From NCBI RefSeq assembly GCF_964355755.1, contig NC_092678.1, forward strand, positions 12,584,352-12,648,351: 64,000 nt of DNA, in the 5' to 3' direction. The notes below the pieces were generated by a model that was not told the origin of the DNA, did not search any database, and saw only the letters and a program-made list of their open reading frames with translations. This DNA comes from Antedon mediterranea (lineage: Eukaryota; Animalia; Echinodermata). The stretch's first letter is position 1. Each line of letters begins with the position of its first letter. Shown here in pieces: positions 27,401 to 40,213 of this stretch. Both the position numbers and the translations under genes were made by a program.

Positions 27401-30400
27401 TTTACTAATCAGTTTAATAGTTAATACAGTTAATCTTCATAATGAAACACAATTTAGTTACCATTAACAGTAGAATTTATGGTCCCTTCAAATTGAATGT
27501 CAGATAAAAAGTAAGAAATACTACTAAAAGACAAGATAATTTCTGATGTAACACCTACGGCTGGGGTGACAACAAAGTGGCTCTGAAAAAGAAAGTATAA
27601 CTGAAGCATGATATCTCATAAATGTACCAAACCGCAATATACTTTAAACAAGAAAATTAAACAATAAAATAATCCCAGCAGATCGCAATATTTTTAAGGC
27701 AGAAATTACGCTGTTTAATATGGATAAAATTATTACTGTGACGTAAGTATAGTCATACAATGAAACGTGAATATAGGTTCCATTTCACATAATCCCGTGA
27801 CGTCATGGCTAACATAGACGGCAACAATTGCAAGATAGCTTTCCTATTTCCTAAACATAATTCTCTTTCTCTAAAATTGACCTCATGAACAGAAGAATGC
27901 CAAGTAACACATAATTTTTAAGAAAGAAACCAAACTTACTGTTTTGGTTGAGTTTGTATTTCCATTTCCTGTCAGAGTCCATACAAAAGGATTAGAGGAC
28001 ATATCGAACTGAAAACGAGGTTTATACTAGATTAGATTGAGTTTGTATTTCCATTTCCTGTCAGAGTCAATACAAAAGGATTAGAGGACATATCGAACTA
28101 AAAATGAGGTTTATACTAGATTAGATTGAGTTTGTATTTCCGTTTCCTGTCAGAGTCCATACAAAAGGATTAGAGGACATGTCGAACTGAAAATGAGGTT
28201 TATACTAGATTAGATTGAGTTTGTATTTCCATTTCCTGTCAGAGTCCATACAAAAGGATTAGAGGACATATCGAACTGAAAATGAGGTTTATACTAGATT
28301 AGATTGAGTTTGTATTTCCATTTCCTGTCAGAGTCCATACAAAAGGATTAGAGGACATATCGAACTAAAAATGAGGTTTATACTAGATTAGATTGAGTTT
28401 GTATTTCCGTTTCTTGTCAGAGTCCATACAAAAGGATTAGAGGACATATCGAACTGAAAACGAGGTTTATACTAGATTAGATTTACTGTAAGTGATGTTG
28501 ACGACTCTCAATAGCGCATCTTTTATACTAATTATGATAATCTTATTTTTTTTTTTTATTTTACCCAACGAAGACCTAAAATGCTGATAATGCATTTGCA
28601 GCTCATATACTGTGGAACAATTAAACATTTCTCTAATTCAACTCATGATACACATTCTATTGAAGTTGTCAAAACCCTTTTTTATTTTTTTCCCATCTTA
28701 AAAGTGCTCTGGGGCTATACAAATTCGACAACATCAAATTTAACGTGCCTATGCAAATATTGCCGTTATATTACACACGCATAAGCTTTAAACTTTGACC
28801 CAATGTATTTAAATTATTCATATTTTATTTTTATTATATTTTATTAATTTGAAATTAAAATGTTATGTTTCAAAGAAGAATCAAATTTATTTAGTTACCA
28901 GAGAAAAAGATTGATAGAGATGGCAGCAGAAATATTACTTACTTTACTATTATTGCCTCGTATTTCAAACGTATCACCTCCAAACCGCTAGAACTTACAC
29001 ATCATAATTCCGTAAAGCTAGTGGTATTCTAGTTAAATTTAGCCGTACGGTAAACAGTATACTAACGGGAATTACGTATGTGCATGTTAACTGAGAGTTG
29101 GTAGGGTACAAGTAAAGAAAACCAGGTTGATATTCTTAAAGATTAGTTAAATGAAACAGAGTAATATATTATAAGCATGTATTCATGTTAGTTCTACTGT
29201 TACAGTGCCTTAGATAAGCACTTTCACGATAATAACGATATATACCTCCATATTTTCAGCTGTAAGGGTGACTGTAAAGTCTGTTCCGGATGTCAATCCA
29301 GTAGTATTGATGAAGAAGTCCGTCTTCACTTTGTCTCCTGCTCCATAGTAGAATTTTGAATCGTTAACATTTATGCTCACATCCATGACGGTATCAATAA
29401 CTTAAGTTAACAGTAAAAAAAATCAAATGGTTTACGATTAGCTAGAAAAATATATGATTTTATTGACGATACTTTATCGTGATTTTTGGAAAGCGAAGAA
29501 TATTCCACTGTGTTTAAATCGGCAAATTACAACATACATGTAATGCTTTTGGCGGATTTTAAGATAAAGTTTAACAAATAATTACCTGGACAACCGTAAA
29601 GTTCCATTCTTAAACTTGGCCATCCACGTGCCTTATATGGATAAATTCGAATGTATCGAGCATTTACAGGAGAATTAAAAGAATTGATAACGACACTGTA
29701 TTTATCAAAATTTCCCGGAAACCGCTACAAATAAGATGTACAGATATCAATTTTTGATGATCTATTTTGTTTTCTCTTTTGTGGGGGCAGTCCACTATTA
29801 TTGCACATATGAAAAACAATATGATAAAAGTTAGATAGATATCTGTCTATCTGTCTGAGAAAATTTATATTACAGAGCTAAAACGATATAAAGATTGAAA
29901 TTCAGTATTGAGATTCGGTATAATAATGATAAAATGATATATTGCACTATAGGCTAAGATTGTGGTTTGTGTAAATACTTTGATAAAATTGTATATTTTT
30001 ACATTGATAAATAAAGACATTTCGAACATAATATTGCTTTAAAGGTTTACATAAATTATATGATAAAATAAACTAATATACATTGCAAAGCTAAACCCAA
30101 TTTTAAGCTACAATTACCTTTTTAATAATATTACGATAATTTAATAATTCATGGCTTTTATCTTGCTTGAATAAAATTGATAATAGTCAGACACTTGACT
30201 GCCTGTAACTGCCATATATCTAGTCTTGAAAATAAAAAAAATGCTAAGAGTAAAATTACTTACTCCACCTTCTTCAGCAGTTATTTCCCAAAAAGTAGTT
30301 CCATTTGTGCTGTATTTGACCCTGTATTCCTCAACATATTTTTTATTGGTATTTCCTTGAGTGGCGACTTTAGTTACTTTGGTAATGTTACCAAGATCAA

Positions 30401-33400
30401 CTTGAATCCAATGATTTTTGGGATTACCTGTTGCAGATGCCCAACACGATCTACCATGAAGTCTTCCCTTGTACGGTTGAAAGTAATTAAGAGAACTATC
30501 AGCCGTCATCTGATTATCAGAAATTGCACCACTCTCAATTCCCAGAGCTGTATTGCACGATTCTATGAGTAAAATTTTGCTTACCAATTCAATTCATTAT
30601 CATTTAATATTATGTTTTAGCAATCAATCAATCAAAGAGAATATAGACTTGGGTTTTTATGGAATAAACACTGCCAAATTTATTATTTGAACATTATTGT
30701 AAATATATATGTAAATGTATATAGTTCTGTTGAGTTTTCTCTATCTCTCATACGTGGTGTACCGAAAACTTCATAATAATCCACATATTTGAACCTTATT
30801 ATGTAATTACCTGCACATCTGTAAAGTTCTATTCTCAAACTTGGCCAATCAACCCAGGCTTTTAGATAAATACGAATATATTGAGCATTTACAGGAGAGG
30901 AAAACGAATTAATAACAACACTTTTTTCATCAACATTTCCGATAAACATCTAGAATTTAGGAAATAAACATATCATTATTATATTATTAAATTATGTAAG
31001 ATTTTGCCGATTATTCATTAATTTTAATATTTATGAATATCGTCCCAATGATTGTTCCTTTGAGTTATTAGAGTGATGTTAGGCCAGAACCACCGGTAGA
31101 TGGCGCTGTACATGACCAGAACTTTAACGGAACACACTGAATACTTTCATAGAAAAAAATCAGGTAATGACTTAAATGCCCTAGGTATGTATGTTGTAGC
31201 TATCATTTTGACATTGTATCACATGGAACGCCTTATAATGGTTTCAAGAAACGCAGAAAACGTACGAAACAGTATATATCTGTGCCAACAAGTGAATTTT
31301 ATAATTTTATTTAAAATACATGTGACGTCACAAAGAACGTCATCTTCGGCATATATTCTGACGCAACGTCTTTGGAAGCATAGGGATGTTCGGAAATATC
31401 ACCCAAACAAAGTTAAAAATAATCATGCTGATTGGTGGATTAAAATAAATTTCTTTCAACAAATTTTCGAGTGGGGATTATTATTCAAAGTGATTTTTTT
31501 ATTGGGGAGGTTTTGGGCGTTATTCAAATAAATACCATCCTAATAATTAATACATTATTTAATTTAAACATCTTTTGAAACTAACTTCCGCGCCGTTTCT
31601 GCCCAAGAAGAAAGACGTTGTAGACGGCTTGCAACATGGGCAGACGTATCCTGGTCCTAACTGGACACAGATAGCCCACAGTTATCCCTGCCAGCTTACT
31701 CAATAAAACTCGGCTATCGGGATTCACTCGATTTTAAACAAAAGGTCTTATCATCAGATCTCCCTATCTAATGTTATAATACTATTCCCCATAATATACT
31801 CCGATGCTTTATTGCGTATATTCAATTTTATCTTTATTAATTTGCAGTACCATTTAATTTTTCAACTACTGTACCTTCACGCACGCGGTTCGATCCCAAA
31901 GTAAACAAAAAAACTAAAATGGTTATAGCTACTAATGTCCAAATTAATAGAAACCAGGATGTTGCAAGGTGAACCTGGAAATTACTTGGACCGCGTAAAA
32001 TTGAATTTGAATTGAAAATCTACTGATGAAATCAGAAACTTGGTGTTAAACCCTTTATAATACCTTCCTAATAACTATGGAACAATATCGTAAAAGTGGA
32101 AAATAATGTTATCAAATCTACGTTTTGCGTTACATCTGAGATAGATAAGGTAGGTAACCAAGGCGGAGATTTGTCCCAAAGTTTTCCAATGTGCTCGTCT
32201 ATGTCAGAATTAACCATAATTTATATATAGATACGAAGGATCAATAGTTTGAAAGTAATCAGTAATAGAATGTGGTGTTCGGTTGTGATAAATATCATAA
32301 ACAAATTTAAGAAAATATAATTCATTTCATTTATAAATATCAAGAATTTTAAGTTTATAGAACAATGGCGGTATATGATCTCTGAAATGAGAAAAAGAAA
32401 TACATCTGACAATCATTTTTTAAAGAAAATACGTTCCATATGTTAACATAGGAAATATAAATGGGTTATAAAGTGTAACTAAATTATCTCTAAAAAATGC
32501 TTTAATTTAGATAGAAATCCAGCCTTCTTTCTAGTTCTTTCACAAACATCATCAATGTGGAGTTTCCAAGATAAGTGTTTGTCAAAGTTAATTCTAACAA
32601 ATTTAATAAATGAACTCCCTTTAATTAAAACATTGTTAATAGTTGAATAACATTGAATTCCAATAACTTAATTTTTAGAATGAAAAATCATATAATTAGT
32701 TGCAATTTTAAAGGAAGAAGGAAATATTGAAATGAGATATTTAATATATAGCATAGAGGCAAATATATAAATGGTGTTGAAATTGAAATTAATTTTACGG
32801 GTAGATTATCATAACCTGTAGCTTTTTTCTTGTCAAGAGAAGAAAGTAAATTAAAAACCTCAACTGGTGAAACAGTGAATTAATAGATGGTTGGACAAGA
32901 AAAGAAAAAATTATTAGGTCAATTAGTAAAGAAATGATTAAATTAACAACGCATTACCATCCATAACATTAACATCAACGTCCGGTTTAGAGACTTTGAT
33001 TTTGTCTGGTAGTTTGGTTGGCGATATCAAGTAGGCCTACCGTAGGTTATTTACTATCTGTCATGTTTTTGTGGAATCGTTTTTGTTATTTGAAATTAAA
33101 TCGTTATAAAAAATGTCTTTCAGCAGTTCTGAGTATTTTGGTTAAAGTATTTCTGTATCGATTATAATGCCAAAAAAAAGATTATTGTGTTGGCTACGTT
33201 TTGGGTAAATCCCAAAAATGGGTACGTCGGTAGAAAATTGTTTTAGAAAGTTGTTTTTTTTTTCAGACCAAAAATGTGTTGGCGGGAAAAAAATAAACAA
33301 TTTACACAAATGATACAAAAAGACTTTTACACATATTTCATAGCACCCTAGGCTCACGGACGCTAGCTATAAATATTGTTTCGAAAATAGTTTTTAAAAG

Positions 33401-35094
33401 GTTTATTAAACATCGGCCTTGCATTTTTAGGCATCCGGGCCTAGAGGGCTGCTAGGCCTAACTACCATTTTGAAAGCCAAAAACAATCAAGATCGAAATA
33501 AACTATTTCCGCGTTTTATGCTACCTTACGCGAGTTAACATATTATATCAGATCATAGAGATATTATGTTCACTATAATATCTCTATGATCAGATGAAAA
33601 ATATTGAGTTTTATCTATACGTAATTACACTGGCATTAAAGATATAACATTAAAATGTTGGCCGTTATGGGCCATATTTCGCCGATTTCTTATCGCGGGA
33701 AAAATCCCACCACCAGAGACATCGATCGATTGAGGCCTAGGCTAGAGGCATTATGTGCATGTCGGAACGGGTGGATTATCGGTATATAAACATTAACAAG
33801 TTTGAACAAAAGAGCTTACAACAATCTTAGGTAAATTTTCATTAAAGGTATAGGCCTACTTGCTTTGCGAAAAGTTCGAAATCGGATCGTAGTAGTAGTC
33901 ATTGTACAGTAAAACCTCGTGCGATGACAATGACAATGACAATGACAATGATTCAATGACAATGATTCTTTATTTCTTTATCGACCCTTTTTCAGGGTAT
34001 GAAAGAACATTCTTTCAATCTTATACAGAAACAAACTAAACACTTCCAGATATAAATATTTGGTCTTATACATAATTAATATATCGAAAAGCAACATCGC
34101 CTGAACAACCTCGTGCGATGTGCGATCTGTTGTTGTTTGCAGCAGATCAACATTAACTCTAGTAGTTCATGGGCTGGAGGGGTTACCATGCACCCCCTCC
34201 CCCTCCCACCAACAGGTAAACTTCTTCTGAAACAAAATGATGTTAACAAGAAAAATATAATAATAAAATAGTTCATTCTTATATTGCGTTCCACAAGCAA
34301 GCTTCTCTACGCTGATTATTATTATTATTATTATTAACATTGTTACCCCAGTAATTTTTCGTATGGAAACATACTCCCATAATACAGGTAGTAATCAGAG
34401 CAAAGTTGTGTCTTGATCTAACCGGGTTCCTATTTATACACCTGGGTGGAGAGGAAAACGTAAGTAAAGTATCTTGCCTAAGGATACAAGCAATGCGGCG
34501 AGAGTTAGATTCGAACCTCGGTCTCACGATCAGTAGTCCAACGTCCAACACCCTGCGCCACATACCCTCACGTATATAGATATATTAAAAATTGTTAGTT
34601 ACCGTGTAAATAATACAATACTAAGAAGAAAGGAATAGTGTTGTGGGATCATGGACTAAAGATAAAAAAAAAATGAAGGTTTCAGGTGACAAGACTTATA
34701 CTGATATCAAAGGGCGAGTTATACCATTTCAACGATTTTTGAAAATGTTTGGAAAACAAAACTACTAATTAATTGTTTATCCTGATACGATGTAAAAATG
34801 TACATACCCCACCACCTTCAGCGTCAATAAAGTTAGTGCCATCGATGCCATATTTGATGCTGTATTTCGAGACTGAACCTCGACTACCTCCTTGAGTCGC
34901 CACTTGGGTTGTATACGTTATGTTACCAAGATCTACTTGAATCCATTGACTGACATTGGCGGTAGCGGGTGACCAAGACTTATTGCCATGTAGCCTTCCA
35001 TGATGGGCTGAAACATTATCGTAGGAACTTGATGCATTCATCTGGTTATCAGGGATGTCACCACTCTCAATTCCTAGATCCCTATCGCATGATT
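21435..35094 (-). CDS. Multidomain extracellular protein: 2x F5/8 type C (discoidin), beta-rich uncharacterised region, C-type lectin, Cys-rich module, Asp-box/BNR; apparent frameshift in CTL exon; first exon not located
   Basis: Exons (5'->3'): 34808-35094, 30811-30949, 30264-30562, 29586-29724, 29246-29400, 28943-28987, 27940-28008, 27462-27582, 26385-27060, 25717-25906, 25246-25447, 24016-24211, 23626-23839, 23169-23330, 22635-22787, 22155-22355, 21435-21493. Motifs: LGIESG..WIQVDLG..VATQG..LRIELY.C twice; TWDAAKAAC..YWIGLKD..FKWTDGS..YTKW; SKDNGVTW. No TM segment seen. Confidence 0.85.
21645..21787. repeat. 47-bp tandem repeat x3, intronic
   Basis: GAACATATTGCACACAACGTCTCACACTGTACGARTCATTACAACTC at 21645, 21692, 21739. 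Confidence 0.95.
27948..28481. repeat. 89-bp tandem repeat x6 comprising a splice acceptor plus most of a coding exon
   Basis: Units start at 27948, 28037, 28126, 28215, 28304, 28393; the first unit overlaps exon 27940-28008. Confidence 0.95.
32220..32950 (-). mobile_element. Degraded CR1/L2-type LINE remnant
   Basis: Minus-strand peptide fragments FVRINFDKHLSWKLHIDDVC and K.TGYDNLP, with many stops and frameshifts. Confidence 0.55.
33554..33588. mobile_element. 35-bp TIR-only remnant, probable P-element-family excision footprint
   Basis: CATAGAGATATTAT-gttcact-ATAATATCTCTATG flanked by the 7-bp direct repeat ATCAGAT (33547-33553 and 33589-33595). Confidence 0.65.
33927..34106 (-). mobile_element. 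5'-truncated retroposon with (TCATTG)n tail and 14-bp TSD
   Basis: AACCTCGTGCGATG duplicated at 33913-33926 and 34107-34120; (TGACAA)n run next to the left copy. Confidence 0.7.
34310..34570 (-). mobile_element. tRNA-derived SINE with CORE-like domain
   Basis: A-box TGGCGCAGGGTG, B-box GGTTCGAATC, core CCTTAGGCAAG...CTCTCCACCCAGGTGTATAAAT, (AAT)n tail; related copy at 45545-45770. Confidence 0.75.
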
Positions 35095-37559
35095 CTTTAA
35101 ATAAAATAGTAACTTTATAAAGTCTTCATTCTCTTAGTCTCACAAAATATTTTTTCATGATTAACATTTTTAATGTAAACATTATTGAACTAATCAGATA
35201 ATAGTGAAAATTTTCTATAAATAAATTTTAAAAAGATCAGTCTTGTAAAAGGTTTTTTTTTAAAAATAAAATTGCTATTCGTTCAGGTGAATTAAAACTA
35301 AAACCGCAAAAGTCGTATCGTCTTGGTAATAAATGCAATATTGAAACATAACTTTCTCCAATATTTTAAATTTAGGTCTATTAAGATGAGCATTGTTTGG
35401 CATTTTTCCTCTCCATATCAACAGTATGGAACATACTTGTGGGTACAAACACAAACAGGCGTTATGAATAGCTAAAATCACTCAAAGCCAAGAATGTAAA
35501 TGTCATATAAATTTCTACTGAATGATACTTAGGCCTACTGCTATTTCTTAAACTTTTAATTTAAATTAAATCTTTAAGGGGTTATAATATGCCTATAATT
35601 TTACATTTAATTATAAAAATTCAGGTTAAATTTGATTCAGATCTAAAAAGTTTGACTTTTCAATGGCTTAAACTATTAAGAGACACACAACAACATTTAA
35701 AGATAAATGTGAAGATAAAGATAAACCATAAAATAGCAAAATATATTTAAATATTTTCTAATTCATTTTGTTCTACAGGAAAATCGTTATCGTCCTAATA
35801 ACAAATGAAATTTTATTTTGTTTCAGCATTTATTAATCTAAAATATAACAGAAGGCCCTCATACCTTTACTCATATGCAGTATTATCCAAAGAAAAACAC
35901 AGACAATTGTCCAACAAGCCATTATTAAGTTATCAAAACAATCCGCAGTTAATCGACATTGTCCAATCCGTCGAAAAAAACCCCCGAATGCTTTACGTCT
36001 ATAACAATTTCGCTTTGACACACGTAATGATTTGTGTCGATATTTTAACTTATAACAGTTATAGTGTTATGTGTGAATAAGAAATGTCATATTCTTAATG
36101 AATTTTAATTATTATTCAAGGTTAAATGTGGCAATTGTATTATTAATAAATTAAATCAATAATAAATAAAATAGATAATTTATTCAGAGTCACACAATTT
36201 CAATAAAACGATACTTTTAATTCATAACACACCCTATAATCATATTTCATAGTTTTTAATTTAATGCCATATGGGAGTCAGAATAATACTTATATTGTAC
36301 TATGTTGAATAATGAGTTGATGTTGTTTTGATATTAAATAATTATACTTTCATGAGAGCGGCATTAAACTTGCTCATAAAACCAAAACGTGCAAGGTAAT
36401 ACAGAATTTTGTATTATTCATTGTCACAGGTTAATTGGATGGCAACCCTTTTCTTCTAGTACAAATATTGACAATGTAAAATTAGCTAAAGCTTGGAAGT
36501 TCCTCTAGAGACGCAATGCAAGGAACGAGCTGACCAATGAATTCGAATAACCCACCGCTTGTGATTGGTCAAATCAGGTTGCATTACGTCGTTATGTTGC
36601 GTCTCTCTATTAAGATTGATGTGTACGTGTGTCTTTGCATACTAATAATTGGAATTTACCACGTATAGAAAATAGAAACCTTGTTGTTTCTATGATGTAC
36701 ATTAACAGAAGGTATACTTTTGTTAAATTTCATCAAAGAATGTAATTTATGATAAAAATTAGAATGTTGTAAATGTAAGTTGTAGACAAATAAGTTTCTC
36801 AGTGATTGGCGGTACAAATTTGCCACACAAAGAAATACATAGCGAAATAATGTTCATTATTATATTTATTTTTAAAGTTCATAGCATTCTTTACAGTAAT
36901 GAGATTTTAAACGTGATACTTGCGAAATGTAATTTCTGTATAATAATCGTTATATCCCACTACATAAATCCGAATACAAATACATTATTTAAATAATACT
37001 GTATATCTAAAATCCAAAGTTAAATTTCAAACAAAGAGACCAAAAATAATTCCAAAAAAACATTTTAAAGTCACATATTGTTCACTTTGACCAACAGTTG
37101 GATCGAAAAAAAAAATATTACTTGAAAACTTAAATTTAACAGTTTATTTTGTCTCCTTTTGTAGTGAAATAATTTTGTTTGGGATTTTTTATTCTACGGA
37201 AGTGAATGTCTTCATTTTTTTATGATTTTGGGTGATAATGCATTTTTAAGCTTTGCGTACACGATGATTTCTTAAGAGTATACACTCTTTCATTGTTACA
37301 GTACTTTATGATATTCAAAATGTACGCATTTACAGAGGAAAGGTTAGAATTGTCCCAAATTCTTTTTTATATAGTTCACCAGTCGGCATTTCGATGTTAC
37401 GAGCTCAAATAGGATACGTATAAAAAGCCATATGTGCCAAAATATTTATCTTTTTACTAATAATAAGTCAAAACCCTTTCTAGAACCCAGACTAAGGAAA
37501 GATAACATACTGTAGTAAAACTAGTGCATTGAACTTATAAACAGTAGGCCTACAAGTAG

Positions 37560-38270
37560 TTGCTGGTCTCCAGCAATTGGTACATGTTTGTGAAGAGTTT
37601 TCGCAAGAGAATGATGTTTTATTTAATGATAAGAAATCTTTTTGTATGTGCTTCTGTCCTCGTACTTGCAAACTTGAAGGTAATTCTATTACTAAACTTG
37701 TTGGTAAAAAACTTGCTTATGTTGAGAAAGGTACCTTGGTCATATTCTTATGTGTGATTGCAGTGATGAGGCTGACATTCAAAGTCAGTACAGATCTTTG
37801 TGTATTAGAAGCAACTCACTCAATCGCAAATTTATGAAATGCTATACCAATGTTAAATGTTGTCTCTTTAGATCTTACTGTATTAATATGTATTGTGCTG
37901 CCCTTTGGTGTACGGTAACTATCGTATGAAAAATATTAGATCTCTTAATGTATGTTACAATAATGCTCTGTGCCGTAGACTTAATGTCTCTAGAAGTAGT
38001 AGTGCCAGTGCAATGTTTATTGAACATGGTGACCCTTCCTTTAATGAGTACATGCGAAAATCTACCTATGGAAGTTTCATGCAACGTATTTTGAATAGTG
38101 GTAACATCCTTGTTGCTTGTGTTTGAAAAATATGCTCCATAACTTCAAAATGTATTGTAGATGGAGAAGCATTCTATATACTTAAGTTTAGAGTTTACGA
38201 TTTTTTTTCTGTTTATACGTTTATTAACATGGATGATATTTCCGAAATAAAAAGAAATTGAATTGAATAA
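37560..38270 (+). mobile_element. 3' end of a CR1/L2-clade LINE (degenerate ORF2 C-terminus)
   Basis: GLQQLVHVCEEFSQENDVLFNDKKSFCM..YLGH..FRSYCINMYC..LNVCYNNA..SSASAMF spread over shifted frames; ends AATAAA..(TTGAA)n. Confidence 0.8.
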
Positions 38271-38767
38271 CTGCTGATGACTTTCACGTTTTTGTTGGTC
38301 AATGCTATTAAATTATATCATATTTAAATAATGTTAAACCATTAATGTTTATTAATGTAACAGTAAGAATATCATGAGTGCGTATTGCATTGGACTGTAT
38401 TATGCACTTTCAGATGCAAACAATAAAAAGACGTTTATACGAATAAATACGGTATTTAAATGTACTGTGAAAAGGGTGATTAAGTAATGCATTCAACTGT
38501 TATGTCCATAACAATTTTATAGACACATCGTTTATTTATTTATTTTCAATCTTTCTACATAGCAAAAAAACAAACATATAAGTATAACAGGGGAGTAGCG
38601 GAAAAGCAAAAAGTATAAACTGTCATCTTGTGATGTGCTTGACCAGCCCCTGTCAACTTGAACGATACAATAAAACTGACATTTAACAAATTTAGAAAAA
38701 TACATAGAAAATATGGTATAATAAAATGTTAACAAAAGTGTAATAAAAATGCAATTGCTATCTGAAC

Positions 38768-38945
38768 AATCTGATTGTGTAAAAGTTAAAAATTCTGATT
38801 GTATAAAAGTTAAAAATTCTGATTGTATAAAAGTTAAAAATTATGATTGTATTAAAGTTAAAAATTCTGATTGTATAAAAGTTAAAAATTCTGATTGTAT
38901 AAAAGTTAAAAATGCTGATTGTATAAAAGTTAAAAAGTTAAAAAT
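38768..38945. repeat. 24-bp tandem repeat, about 7 copies
   Basis: TCTGATTGTATAAAAGTTAAAAAT units; produces the spurious SDCIKVKN ORF. Confidence 0.95.
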
Positions 38946-39294
38946 TCAAAGTAGGTACAAGCATGTTAATAATAATATGAACAGTTAAAAATCTATAAAA
39001 TGTTGCTCTAAACTGTGTTTAAACTTAAAAAACGACTCTTCATTTACATTAAATTTACATTTTAACATTAAAATTTGCCAAAAATACACAAATTAGAGAC
39101 TGCTCATTGCTTTGCTCAACCCAAGCAAATAAGTAACAGTTATTTGGTGACAATTTCGTGCTGCAAATGATACTGTTTTTATCTTTTTTTTTATTGTACT
39201 TTTTGTCGACATTTTGTTTGAATCACATAAACCTAAATAGTAAACAAATGAATAGTGATCTAGTTAATACATGTGACCTGAATATATAAACAAG

Positions 39295-39846
39295 ATATCG
39301 CTAGTCACTACGTGTCACCAAATATCGCTGCGGCTGCGGCTAGTCAATACATGTGAAAAATATCGCTATTCACTACATGTGACCAAATATCGCTAGTCAC
39401 TACGTGTGACCAAATATCGCTAGTCACTACACGTGACTAAATATCGCTAGTCACTACGTGTGACCAAAAATCGCTAGACACTACGTGTGACCAAATATCG
39501 CTAGTCACTATGTGTGACCAAATATTGCTAGTCACTACATGTGACCAAATATCACTAGTCACTACATGTGACTAAATATCGCTAGTAACTACGTATGATC
39601 AAATATCGATAGTAACTACGTGTGGCCAAATATCGCTAGTCACTACGGGTGAGCAAATATCGCTAGTCGCTACGTTTGACCAAATATCGCTAGTCACTAC
39701 ACGTGACTAAAAATCGCTAGTCACTACCTGTGACAAAAAATCGCTAGACACTACGTGTGACCAAATATCGCTAGTCACTACATGTGACCAAATATCACTA
39801 GTCACTACCGGGGTCACTACATGTGACTAAATATCGCTAGTCACTA
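39295..39846. repeat. 27-bp minisatellite, about 20 copies
   Basis: TGACCAAATATCGCTAGTCACTACGTG units (period 27, e.g. 39381/39408). Confidence 0.95.
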
Positions 39847-40213
39847 ATTGATCTAGTTATTATATATGTGACAAAATATCAACAATCTAGTTACGATTTG
39901 CGATTGAATATAAATGACCTAGTCATCATATGAAACCAATTACCAACAATCTAAACCAAGTACACAGCCTACAACTGCTGCGATTTTCGGCCAACATTTT
40001 CTGTTCCACTTTTTGGTTGTGATCTAGTTTTTGACAGAAAGCAACATAATAACATTTAGGAAAGTGGGTTATAAAAAAAGGAATGTTGCTGTATTCTTTT
40101 TTAATGTGATTGATTGACTTGAACATTTGTTATTTGTTGTACTTCACAATGGTCATGCGTTAGTGCAGTATCTTAATGAAGTATTTGGCCAATAAACATC
40201 TTTTTTAATATTG

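Noticed and set aside
29586-35094. Calling the tandem F5/8C gene a neuropilin
   Set aside because: No CUB, MAM or TM segments; the downstream domains are different.
35430-35510. Possible signal-peptide exon for the lectin gene (MTFTFLAL/VILAIHNACLC)
   Set aside because: Needs a frameshift and ends in phase 0 whereas the next exon needs phase 1; unsupported.
38749-38988. ORF with SDCIKVKN repeats
   Set aside because: Translation of a 24-bp tandem repeat; no splice or homology support.
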